IMG/VR virus record: IMGVR_UViG_3300044212_000014 | Coordinates: 10,272 to 74,271 of that record | Reading direction: 5' to 3' (one strand) | DNA from: a virus | Taxonomy: Duplodnaviria; Caudoviricetes | DNA length: 64,000 nucleotides | Shown: piece after piece, positions 55,324 to 64,000 of the stretch | How the letters are laid out: every line of letters begins with the position of its first letter | How positions within the stretch are numbered: the stretch's first letter is position 1 | Translations under genes and position numbers: made by a program | The notes under the pieces: generated by a model | Database searches by the model: none | Told to the model about the DNA's origin: nothing | What the model saw: the letters and a program-made list of their open reading frames with translations, nothing else

Positions 55324-55881
55324 ATGCTACGAGTACAGAAGATAGCTACCGCTATCCTCTTCAATCTTAATGAAATGTATGCTAGAAAGCATAGTGACAT
55401 AGAACTTATAGAAGCCATAAACTCTATTATCAGAACGGTAAACATAATCCTTATCAATAAGGAGTCAAACTGGATAACGAAATCTACCACTCTAAAAATA
55501 AAGAATGGAAAGAGTAAAGTCCCGTCTGATTTTGGTAAAATTAAGTCCATTACAGAGACAGATAGTAATTGGGATAAGCCTTTTTGTGGCGACTATCAAA
55601 TCGTAAAAGACACTATGATTCTAACAAAGAAAGACCAGACCGAAATAGTAAACACATTAACCATGTATTACTATTATATGCTAGATGAAGTATCCGAAAT
55701 GACGGATGAAATCGACCTACCAGAGCTATTCTACCAGCTTTTTATAGAATATGCAACTGGGCTTATTGATGGCACGTTTGGTAAAACATCACTAGATAAT
55801 CTTGTGACCTCACAAATAGACTCTCTAAGCGGGGCTACAAACTACCCATTTATAGAACGCCCAGCTCCATTTTACGTATAG
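55324..55881 (+). CDS. Head-tail adaptor-like protein 1
   Basis: HSDIELIEAINS motif shared with the next two genes. Confidence 0.6.
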   Translation: MLRVQKIATAILFNLNEMYARKHSDIELIEAINSIIRTVNIILINKESNWITKSTTLKIKNGKSKVPSDFGKIKSITETDSNWDKPFCGDYQIVKDTMILTKKDQTEIVNTLTMYYYYMLDEVSEMTDEIDLPELFYQLFIEYATGLIDGTFGKTSLDNLVTSQIDSLSGATNYPFIERPAPFYV

Positions 55882-55891
55882 GAGGATATAT

Positions 55892-56377
55892 ATGACAGTA
55901 AACGATATCCTTATATTGGTTCGCCAAAGACTAGGTGACATGCAGAAAATAACCTTTAGCGACGACGAGCTAATAAAGTGTTTAAATGACGCTATGGACG
56001 ATATGTGTGTTAGCATGTCTACCAGCTACGACCCAGAGATATTGAAAACAGTAACTTTGACGGAAGATGGAGTTCAGCTACCGACAGATTTTATCGCATG
56101 GCAAGGTCAATTCCCGTTACTATATAGTACGGATGACGACAATAATACGATAATTACTCCGATAGACCCCGAATGGGAAGGGGACAATAGCACATTGAAG
56201 TATTTCGCATATAAAGACCATTTCACCAGCCTCACAGATACAATCCCATTTAGAAGTGGCACTCACGAAAAGACATTGATGAAATTAACTATCCAGCAAA
56301 TAAAACCATCTGGGGGTGATTCAAATAACAATCAAGGAGCTTCTAACGCAGGGAGCAATACAGGACAGGCTCAGTGA
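55892..56377 (+). CDS. Head-tail adaptor-like protein 2
   Basis: RLGD...FSDDELIKCLNDA. Confidence 0.65.
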   Translation: MTVNDILILVRQRLGDMQKITFSDDELIKCLNDAMDDMCVSMSTSYDPEILKTVTLTEDGVQLPTDFIAWQGQFPLLYSTDDDNNTIITPIDPEWEGDNSTLKYFAYKDHFTSLTDTIPFRSGTHEKTLMKLTIQQIKPSGGDSNNNQGASNAGSNTGQAQ

Positions 56378-56783
56378 TAGCTTAGATAGTGGATATGAAA
56401 CAGACGAGCTAATCGCATGGGTAAATGATGCCATAAATTTTGTATGGCACGTATTGATAAAAAATAAATATTATGAGGTAGTTGGAGATATAACATTATC
56501 GTCATCTCGAACGGACATACCATCAGACTGGTATAAAGCAACAAATCAGGCGGCAGTTATCGTTCGAGGCGGGGAGCTAGAATGTTATGGGAAAACACCC
56601 ATGGTTATTCGGTATTACAAAAAACCACCGACCATTGACACGGAAGATGATGAAGTCCCACTTACTAACTGGGGACTATTAGACCTAATTGTGCAAATAA
56701 CAATCGTTCTTGCTATGTCAAATCATGGGTTTGATATGCAAACAGAGTCTGATTTTGCTCAGGCGATTGCGAATCTATTATAA
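56316..56783 (+). CDS. Head-tail adaptor-like protein 3
   Basis: RLSD...YETDELIAWVNDA. Confidence 0.6.
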   Translation: MIQITIKELLTQGAIQDRLSDSLDSGYETDELIAWVNDAINFVWHVLIKNKYYEVVGDITLSSSRTDIPSDWYKATNQAAVIVRGGELECYGKTPMVIRYYKKPPTIDTEDDEVPLTNWGLLDLIVQITIVLAMSNHGFDMQTESDFAQAIANLL

Positions 56784-56795
56784 GGAGGGTAAAAA

Positions 56796-59700
56796 ATGGC
56801 TGACGACAGTAGCTCAATTATAACCACTTTATCGGACTATTGGAATAAATTACCAGCATCCCTAAATGGCTCTGGGACAAACTTTATATACCTTTTAAAA
56901 AATATGCTTAGTGACCTAACGTCAGAGTTGAATGAAAATCTCCAAAATATTAGTGAGATATATAATACCATAACGGATAACTCAGACAAGATAGATACTC
57001 AGCTAAAAAACTGCAAGGTAGTAGAAAAGAGAATCGGCACAGCCATTACCCTTACCTTATCTTGGGATTCATCTGATATAGAAAATTATGACGGTGCAGA
57101 TATATATATAAAAAGAGCAGAGGGGGATTCATCTACAGCTATAGATTGGTCAACGGTAGATACCTTAGCATCTGTTACTACTACGAAGACAAACTCATAC
57201 GTTTTAAGTAGTGTGAGCGCGGGATATGTATATCACTTAACGTTTTTGGGTAGGAATACATATGGAGGCGTTTCAGAAGAGGATTCTGCTCCCACATTAA
57301 CATACGTTGTAAGCGCGTTAAATAACGTCCCAGACGCGCCAGTTAATTTAACAGTGCAATTTAATAGATATGGCGTTTTATGGAAGTGGACTCAGCCAGT
57401 TGACCTAGACTATGCCTATGCAGAATTAAGAGAAAACGAAAATGCTGGGGAAGCAAGTGGATTGCTAGAAATAACACAAGACACCACCTCAACCATGCTC
57501 CCGTCATCTCGTGAAGGCGTGGCATATTTGTTCAATAAGGGCTATGGGGATAAATATTCAGACCCAGCGACGGTAGCGTATTCTAAACCAATCCCGACAG
57601 CACCACTGACAGTTACGATAACGAAGACATTCCAAGGACTTACAATTAAATGTTCTGATATTCCAGAAGATTGTGTTGGGGCAGTATTCTCTATTAACGG
57701 ATTACAGTTTAAATCTCAGAATAACGAATACACATACTTTGCTACGTCTGGTAGCTTTACTGTAAAAGTGTGCTACTACGATATTTTTGGTAATGGCGAT
57801 TGGTCTTTAGAACAATCTGTATCCATTATAGAATATATAGACCCTGATTGGCTAGCAGATGACTCTTTAACGTTGGAAAAGATGGATTCTGTTATCAAAG
57901 ATGCGGTAAAAGACGCTCAAGATGCAATACCAAGGCTGGATGGCTTAGATGGTTCTATCACAAGTATAAATACAGCTATATCCGATATAAATACAGATGT
58001 GACTGGGTTACAGTCAGATGTGTCTGGGCTAACAACGACAGCCAATGGGCTAACGTCTGATTTATCTGACCTTACAACAGAGGTAACTGGCGTTAAACAG
58101 GACGTGTCTGGACTAACATCTACCGTAAATACGCATGATCAAGATATTTCGCAGTTAAAACAAACAGATACCCAGATACAGACCACAGTAGCCTCAAATA
58201 AAACGGCACAAGATGCCGTGAATACTTCGGTAGCCAGCCAAATCACTCAGAATGCCGATTCTATTACGACGGTTGTAGCCAACTTAAATAAGGACGCTAG
58301 TGATAGCCCTTATGAATCTATATCACAGATAAAGCAAACGGCAGATGGGATATCTTCTATTGTGTCCGCAAACAAAACAGCTCAGGATTCCATAAACTTT
58401 CAGGTACAACAACAGCTAGACAAAGCAATATCTACTTGGTTTTATACAGGAGTGCCTACGCTAACGAATGCCCCTGCTAAAGACTGGACAGACGACGATA
58501 CGAAGAACACCCACATTGGCGATTTGTACTACGATACCAACACTGGTCATGGATATAGATTCTTATTGTCAGGCTCAACGTTTTCTTGGGCTATTATTAC
58601 AGATACGGATGTAACCGCGGCCCTTGCCGCGGCATCTAAAGCTCAAGATACAGCGGATGGGAAGCGCAGAGTGTTTACCTCCACGCCAGTACCCCCATAT
58701 GACGTGGGAGATTTATGGACTCAAGGGCCAACTGGGGAACTTATGCGGTGCAAAACAGCTAAAGTTACGGGGCAGTCGTATGTGGCATCTGATTGGGATA
58801 AGGCTAGTAAATATACTGATGACACATCTCTTACCACGTTTATAAATGGTGTGTATGCTACAGATAAACAGACAATAACATCAGAGATCACTCAGAATGC
58901 CGATTCTATTACGACGGTTGTAGCCAACTTAAATAAGGACGCTAGTGATAGCCCTTATGAATCTATATCACAGATAAAGCAAACGGCAGATGGGATATCT
59001 TCTATTGTGTCCGCAAACAAAACAGCTCAGGATTCCATAAACTATCAGGTACAACAACAGCTAGACAAAGCAATATCTACTTGGTTTTATACAGGAGTGC
59101 CTACGCTAACGAATGCCCCTGCTCAAGACTGGACAGACGACGATACGAAGAACACCCACATTGGCGATTTGTACTACGATACCAACACTGGTCATGGATA
59201 TAGATTCTTATTGTCAGGCTCAACGTTTTCTTGGGCTATTATTACAGATACGGATGTAACCGCGGCCCTTGCCGCGGCATCTAAAGCTCAAGATACAGCG
59301 GATGGGAAGCGCAGAGTGTTTACCTCCACGCCAGTACCCCCATATGACGTGGGAGATTTATGGACTCAAGGGCCAACTGGGGAACTTATGCGGTGCAAAA
59401 CAGCTAAAGTTACGGGGCAGTCGTATGTGGCATCTGATTGGGATAAGGCTAGTAAATATACTGATGACACATCTCTTACCACGTTTATAAATGGTGTGTA
59501 TGCTACAGATAAACAGACAATAACATCAGAGATCACTCAGAATGCCGATTCTATTACGACGGTTGTAGCCAACTTAAATAAGGACGCTAGTGATAGCCCT
59601 TATGAATCTATATCACAGATAAAGCAAACGGCAGATGGGATATCTTCTATTGTGTCCGCAAACAAAACAGCTCAGGATTCCATAAACTATCAGGTACAAC

Positions 59701-61445
59701 AACAGCTAGACAAAGCAATATCTACTTGGTTTTATACAGGAGTGCCTACGCTAACGAATGCCCCTGCTCAAGACTGGACAGACGACGATACGAAGAACAC
59801 CCACATTGGCGATTTGTACTACGATACCAACACTGGTCATGGATATAGATTCTTATTGTCAGGCTCAACGTTTTCTTGGGCTATTATTACAGATACGGAT
59901 GTAACCGCGGCCCTTGCCGCGGCATCTAAAGCTCAAGATACAGCGGATGGGAAGCGCAGAGTGTTTACCTCCACGCCAGTACCCCCATATGACGTGGGAG
60001 ATTTATGGACTCAAGGGCCAACTGGGGAACTTATGCGGTGCAAAACAGCTAAAGTTACGGGGCAGTCGTATGTGGCATCTGATTGGGATAAGGCTAGTAA
60101 ATATACTGATGACACATCTCTTACCACGTTTATAAATGGTGTGTATGCTACAGATAAACAGACAATAACATCAGAGATCACTCAGAATGCCGATTCTATT
60201 ACGGCTATGGTAGCAACCCTAAATTCTTCTCCAGACGCAGAGAACCAATATGCGGCTATATCACAGCTTAAATTGACGACAGACAGCATAACAAGCACAG
60301 TGTCTCAGAATAAGTCTGACCAAGCGACTATTAACACTGGGTTTTCAAATGATATATCCCAAATAGAACAGACAGCGACATCCATTTCAACAACCGTAGC
60401 CGCTAATAAAACGGCACAAGACGCTATAAACACAGCGCAAGATGCGAAGAACACGACATTTACGGGCGATATATCACAGATAAAGCAAACAGCAACGGAA
60501 CTTTCAACTACGGTGCAGAGTAATAAAGAGGCCCAAGATGGTGTAAACTCTGCCCAGTCCGACAAGAATGACACTTTCGAAACAGATATCTCTACCGTGA
60601 CTCAAACAGCCAGTCAAATATCAACTACGGTACAGTCTAATAAAATAGCACAAGATGCTGTTAACACGGCTCAGGAGACAACAAATACACAAACGTCAAC
60701 AAAAATTACTCAGAATGCCACGTCTATAACAAATATCGTAACAGAGCTAAACAAAGCGCCAGAGGATTCCGCCTATAGTTCTATAGCTCAGTTATTAGAC
60801 AATATTAATCTTAGGGTACAAAAAGATGATGTAATTAATCAGATAAACATATCTACAGAAGACATACAAATTTCTGGGGAAAAGATACATGTTACTGGCG
60901 AAACTCTATTTGATAATGGTGTTATTATTGCCTCGTATATTGGTGATAAAGCTATCGTCGGGACTAAAATAGCAGATGGCACTATAACGACAATAAACAT
61001 TGCCGCTGACGCTATTACCGCTAACCAGATAGGCGCTAACGCAGTTACTACAGACAAGTTAGACGCAAGTTCCGTAACGGCAGATAAAATCAGCGCAGGG
61101 GCTATCACCGCAGATAAAATAGATGCTGGGGCGGTAACGTCGGATAAAATAACAGCAGGGGCGATAACCTCTGGGAAACTGGCGACAGACTCGGTAGCTA
61201 CGGGGAATATACAGGCTGGAGCAATAACCACTGATGAGCTTGCTGTTAATGCCGTAAAAGCAGGTAATATTGCCGCAGATTCAGTAACATCAGATAAGAT
61301 AAGCGTGAGCAGTCTCTCCGCTGTATCGTCTACAATCGGCACATTGCAAACAGCAACATCTGGAGCAAGGGTTGTTATAAAAGATAACTTAATAACTGTA
61401 TATGATAGTAATAATGTTCTTAGGGTTCGTATGGGGGTATGGTAA
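56796..61445 (+). CDS. Tail fiber / host-specificity protein with FN3-like region, three 215-aa repeats and ITADKI repeats
   Basis: 1549 aa; GDLYYD...AQDTADGKRRVF...PPYDVGDLW modules; C-terminal RVRMGVW. Confidence 0.8.
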   Translation: MADDSSSIITTLSDYWNKLPASLNGSGTNFIYLLKNMLSDLTSELNENLQNISEIYNTITDNSDKIDTQLKNCKVVEKRIGTAITLTLSWDSSDIENYDGADIYIKRAEGDSSTAIDWSTVDTLASVTTTKTNSYVLSSVSAGYVYHLTFLGRNTYGGVSEEDSAPTLTYVVSALNNVPDAPVNLTVQFNRYGVLWKWTQPVDLDYAYAELRENENAGEASGLLEITQDTTSTMLPSSREGVAYLFNKGYGDKYSDPATVAYSKPIPTAPLTVTITKTFQGLTIKCSDIPEDCVGAVFSINGLQFKSQNNEYTYFATSGSFTVKVCYYDIFGNGDWSLEQSVSIIEYIDPDWLADDSLTLEKMDSVIKDAVKDAQDAIPRLDGLDGSITSINTAISDINTDVTGLQSDVSGLTTTANGLTSDLSDLTTEVTGVKQDVSGLTSTVNTHDQDISQLKQTDTQIQTTVASNKTAQDAVNTSVASQITQNADSITTVVANLNKDASDSPYESISQIKQTADGISSIVSANKTAQDSINFQVQQQLDKAISTWFYTGVPTLTNAPAKDWTDDDTKNTHIGDLYYDTNTGHGYRFLLSGSTFSWAIITDTDVTAALAAASKAQDTADGKRRVFTSTPVPPYDVGDLWTQGPTGELMRCKTAKVTGQSYVASDWDKASKYTDDTSLTTFINGVYATDKQTITSEITQNADSITTVVANLNKDASDSPYESISQIKQTADGISSIVSANKTAQDSINYQVQQQLDKAISTWFYTGVPTLTNAPAQDWTDDDTKNTHIGDLYYDTNTGHGYRFLLSGSTFSWAIITDTDVTAALAAASKAQDTADGKRRVFTSTPVPPYDVGDLWTQGPTGELMRCKTAKVTGQSYVASDWDKASKYTDDTSLTTFINGVYATDKQTITSEITQNADSITTVVANLNKDASDSPYESISQIKQTADGISSIVSANKTAQDSINYQVQQQLDKAISTWFYTGVPTLTNAPAQDWTDDDTKNTHIGDLYYDTNTGHGYRFLLSGSTFSWAIITDTDVTAALAAASKAQDTADGKRRVFTSTPVPPYDVGDLWTQGPTGELMRCKTAKVTGQSYVASDWDKASKYTDDTSLTTFINGVYATDKQTITSEITQNADSITAMVATLNSSPDAENQYAAISQLKLTTDSITSTVSQNKSDQATINTGFSNDISQIEQTATSISTTVAANKTAQDAINTAQDAKNTTFTGDISQIKQTATELSTTVQSNKEAQDGVNSAQSDKNDTFETDISTVTQTASQISTTVQSNKIAQDAVNTAQETTNTQTSTKITQNATSITNIVTELNKAPEDSAYSSIAQLLDNINLRVQKDDVINQINISTEDIQISGEKIHVTGETLFDNGVIIASYIGDKAIVGTKIADGTITTINIAADAITANQIGANAVTTDKLDASSVTADKISAGAITADKIDAGAVTSDKITAGAITSGKLATDSVATGNIQAGAITTDELAVNAVKAGNIAADSVTSDKISVSSLSAVSSTIGTLQTATSGARVVIKDNLITVYDSNNVLRVRMGVW
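58242..60203 (+). repeat. Three near-identical 645-bp in-frame tandem repeats
   Basis: Units start 58242, 58887, 59532 (partial at 60177); unit 1 differs at two bases (F/Y, K/Q). Confidence 0.95.
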
Positions 61446-61865
61446 ATGAATATATATATTATCTTTAGTTTAGCGATTATATTAGTTATAGGTGTTTTTA
61501 CATACATAAAGAAGAAAAGGGAGAGTGATTCTTCGGTGCCACAGGGGATACAAATATTCGACGGTGGCGGTAACATAACGATGGACGTCACAGAAAGTCT
61601 GGCAAGATTTTATGGGCAGTTTACTATAACAACTCAAAGTGGTAGTTTTACGCCATCGATTCCGTCTACAGACAATGGGAATTTGTTTATTGTAGTTAAA
61701 AAAGGGACATATAAGTATAGAGGAGGTTATTATATAAGAGCCATCCCACAGTTCACTATTAGCGGACATACAATATCATGGCAATTAATGGTTGGGGAAG
61801 CTGGAACATGGATCGGGAATAATTATGCTAATGTGCCAGTAACGGTTTATTATGGTACATACTAA
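61446..61865 (+). CDS. Tail-associated protein
   Basis: GIQIFDGGGNITMD motif typical of genes after tail-tip proteins. Confidence 0.55.
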   Translation: MNIYIIFSLAIILVIGVFTYIKKKRESDSSVPQGIQIFDGGGNITMDVTESLARFYGQFTITTQSGSFTPSIPSTDNGNLFIVVKKGTYKYRGGYYIRAIPQFTISGHTISWQLMVGEAGTWIGNNYANVPVTVYYGTY

Positions 61866-61877
61866 TGGAGGTAACAA

Positions 61878-62540
61878 ATGGCTAATTATATAGAGATAAA
61901 TAATAGTTCTCATATAGTTATTAATGACAGCTTTAAGAACGTATCATATGTAAAAAGGGTAAATGGAAATGACTGTAGAGTACGAGTAGACCCATTCGGA
62001 ACCGGAGCATACTGGTATTATTTAAGACCACCAATAGATCAGGGAGATGTTATTGTTTTAGCGTCTAATCAATCTAATATCGCGTTCCACCAAACAAACA
62101 CGATATATTCGTCTAAAAATTGGGGATATTCTGCAAACGGGGAAGAATTTGGGGTTGGATATCTTGGAGGTGGGTCTGCTACAGACTATTCAAACACATG
62201 GTTTTATATTTTTTCTTATCAGACATCATCTAGTACTACGGGGCTAGAGATAAAGGACGAAAACAATCAACAAGTATTTAATAGTAATTTAAAATACCTA
62301 AGAGTAATAGATACTATAAATGATTTCACCAGCCGATCGTATGGACATACTGTTGGCGCTGTATTGTGCGGAATGCCATGTAAGTATAGCAATAATCTAT
62401 ATACAGCGGCAGGGATAACCTTTCCATCATCAAGTGGGATTGCTACCGTTGACGAAAACTTTAATATACAAACATCTCGCCCATCTGGGTTTTCTGGCGG
62501 TATGCAGGTACTTGTTGTAAACTTGGATGGACTATCATAA
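61878..62540 (+). CDS. Tail-associated protein
   Basis: GLEIKDENNQQVFNSNLKYLR motif. Confidence 0.55.
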   Translation: MANYIEINNSSHIVINDSFKNVSYVKRVNGNDCRVRVDPFGTGAYWYYLRPPIDQGDVIVLASNQSNIAFHQTNTIYSSKNWGYSANGEEFGVGYLGGGSATDYSNTWFYIFSYQTSSSTTGLEIKDENNQQVFNSNLKYLRVIDTINDFTSRSYGHTVGAVLCGMPCKYSNNLYTAAGITFPSSSGIATVDENFNIQTSRPSGFSGGMQVLVVNLDGLS

Positions 62541-62549
62541 GGAGGTAAA

Positions 62550-62939
62550 ATGGCAAAAATATCGCAAGATACGCCTGTAAAAAACCTTGTAATAAACCAA
62601 GGAGAGGATACAACAATTCAATTAAATATAAAAGAGTCAGATGGCACAACATCTACCCCCATAAACATTAGCGGGTATACGTTTGTCTGCAAGGTTAGGC
62701 GGGAAGCTACAGACGACGAAGTAACTATAACAGCATCATGCTCTATATTAGACCCTGTAAATGGAGCCATAGAGGTAACATTTCACGGGGAAGATAGCAC
62801 AAGCGTTGATGTAGACGATGGCAACTACGACACTCTTAGCGAGTATACGTATGACGTATTTATGACTGACTTAACCCCCACAACAAGCAGAATATTGTGC
62901 GGAAATTTATATATTAGTCCTTCTGTTTCCAATAGGTAG
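62550..62939 (+). CDS. BppU-N-like tail/baseplate attachment protein
   Basis: INQGEDTTIQLNI...PINISGYTF...YTYDV pattern. Confidence 0.55.
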   Translation: MAKISQDTPVKNLVINQGEDTTIQLNIKESDGTTSTPINISGYTFVCKVRREATDDEVTITASCSILDPVNGAIEVTFHGEDSTSVDVDDGNYDTLSEYTYDVFMTDLTPTTSRILCGNLYISPSVSNR

Positions 62940-62946
62940 GTGAAAA

Positions 62947-64000
62947 ATGGCAAACACTATTATTGAAGTAATAGTCCCAAAAGAAAAACTATTAGTAGAA
63001 GTATCTATGGGTATTAAAGGTGAACGTGGGGTTAGTATATCTGACGCTGTTTTAAATGAAAACGGGCATTTTATTGTTACGTATGACAACGGCGAAATAG
63101 TTGACTCTGGTATTACCGCGTTTGTAGACGCAGTAATGTATAGGGACGAGGCCAAGGGGTATTCAGAACAAGCCGGAGAGTATGCCACGTCGTCACAACA
63201 AAGCTCTCAAGATGCCACCTCCGCAAAGAACGCCGCAGAAGACTCGGAAACAAAGGCCAAACAAAGCGAAACTAACGCTAAATCATCCGAAACATCTGCT
63301 CAAGGTTATAGCGAAGAAGCCGCTACCCAAGCCACGGATGCTAGAAACTCGGCAATAGCATCTTCGACGAACGCATCTAATGCGCTGGTTAGCGAAACTA
63401 ATGCCAAAGAATCAGAGAATAACGCCAAGGCATCAGAAGATGAAGCCAAATCGTCAGAAACGGCATCTGCTAATTCTGCCACCTCAGCCAGTAATAGCGC
63501 TATTGTTGCCACGCAACAAGCCACAGATGCTACGAATCAAGCCACGCTAGCAAAAGACTGGGCAACAAAGACAGATGATACGGTAGACGGTTCTGAATAT
63601 TCCTCAAAGTATTACTCTAATTTATCAAAGACCAGCGAAACTAACGCCAAAACCTCAGAAACCAATGCGAAGACTTCAGAGACAAATGCAAAGGCTAGCG
63701 AAACTTCTTTGGCTCGTCATGATAGTAATGCGGCATCGTCTGCCGCATCAGCGGTAACGTCGGCTACAAACGCGGCACAAAGCGCGGGATCTGCGGCTAG
63801 TTCTGCTACAACAGCAACAAATCAAGCAATAGCGTCAGCAAACTCTGCAACATCTGCATCTGGGTCTGCAACGGCGGCAAGTAATAGTGCTACGGCATCT
63901 GCCAATAGCGCTCAACAGGCACAGGACTACGCGGAATCTATTGGTAGCGCTGTAAACTCAATATCTGGTAATAACAATGGCATAGCTATAGAATCTATTT
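62947..64000 (+). CDS. Side tail fiber-like protein with Ser/Ala-rich KxSETNA repeats, runs off window end
   Basis: Open frame MANTIIEVIVPK... to base 64000 without stop; not in ORF track for that reason. Confidence 0.75.
   Translation, partial: MANTIIEVIVPKEKLLVEVSMGIKGERGVSISDAVLNENGHFIVTYDNGEIVDSGITAFVDAVMYRDEAKGYSEQAGEYATSSQQSSQDATSAKNAAEDSETKAKQSETNAKSSETSAQGYSEEAATQATDARNSAIASSTNASNALVSETNAKESENNAKASEDEAKSSETASANSATSASNSAIVATQQATDATNQATLAKDWATKTDDTVDGSEYSSKYYSNLSKTSETNAKTSETNAKTSETNAKASETSLARHDSNAASSAASAVTSATNAAQSAGSAASSATTATNQAIASANSATSASGSATAASNSATASANSAQQAQDYAESIGSAVNSISGNNNGIAIESI

Noticed and set aside
58624-60135. Three 73-aa ORFs (58624, 59269, 59914)
   Set aside because: Alternate-frame shadows of the 645-bp tail repeat with no RBS.
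58242-60203. Diversity-generating retroelement TR/VR pair
   Set aside because: No reverse transcriptase in the window. Repeats are in-frame tandem units with two differences, not adenine-specific variation.
60839-61591. 250-aa minus-strand ORF (similarly 2397-3056, 11540-12028, 55125-55550)
   Set aside because: Antisense shadows of well-supported plus-strand genes, with no RBS or promoter support.

Overview
This window is about 64 kb of a large tailed bacteriophage, probably lytic and podovirus-like, infecting a Bacillota host. A diderm Negativicutes host is plausible but only inferred, from spanin-like lysis genes. Plus strand 1-5069 holds the end of a virion gene and the lysis module. 5.4-6.0 kb is an RNA locus: tRNA-Leu, an 84-nt tmRNA that has only the tRNA-like domain, and a ~410-nt structured non-coding stretch. 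6.1-30.2 kb is the replication, recombination and nucleotide-metabolism operon (DnaE, Sak/Rad52, primase-helicase, HNH, Cas4-like, resolvase, dUTPase, MTase, ThyX, Tad2-like, TerS-like) and includes a 7.77-kb tandem duplication. 30.2-45.6 kb is a minus-strand, probably early, accessory region driven by many sigma70 promoters. It carries a GATase plus amidoligase pair, eight paralogous CxxC[W/F] genes, a SAM-lyase-like gene, acidic paralogs, three type II hammerhead ribozymes and a 48-bp copy of portal DNA inside a gene. From 46.4 kb are TerL, a 7-tRNA cluster, a RemA homolog, portal, scaffold, major capsid, adaptors and tail genes with three near-identical 645-bp repeats. The most striking candidates are the mini-tmRNA, the hammerhead set (one pairing over a Shine-Dalgarno, two bracketing a 314-nt RNA), the Cys-rich paralog array beside the amidoligase, and the templated 48-bp insertion. 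No integrase, reverse transcriptase or CRISPR array is visible. All family assignments come from motif recognition by eye, not from searches.
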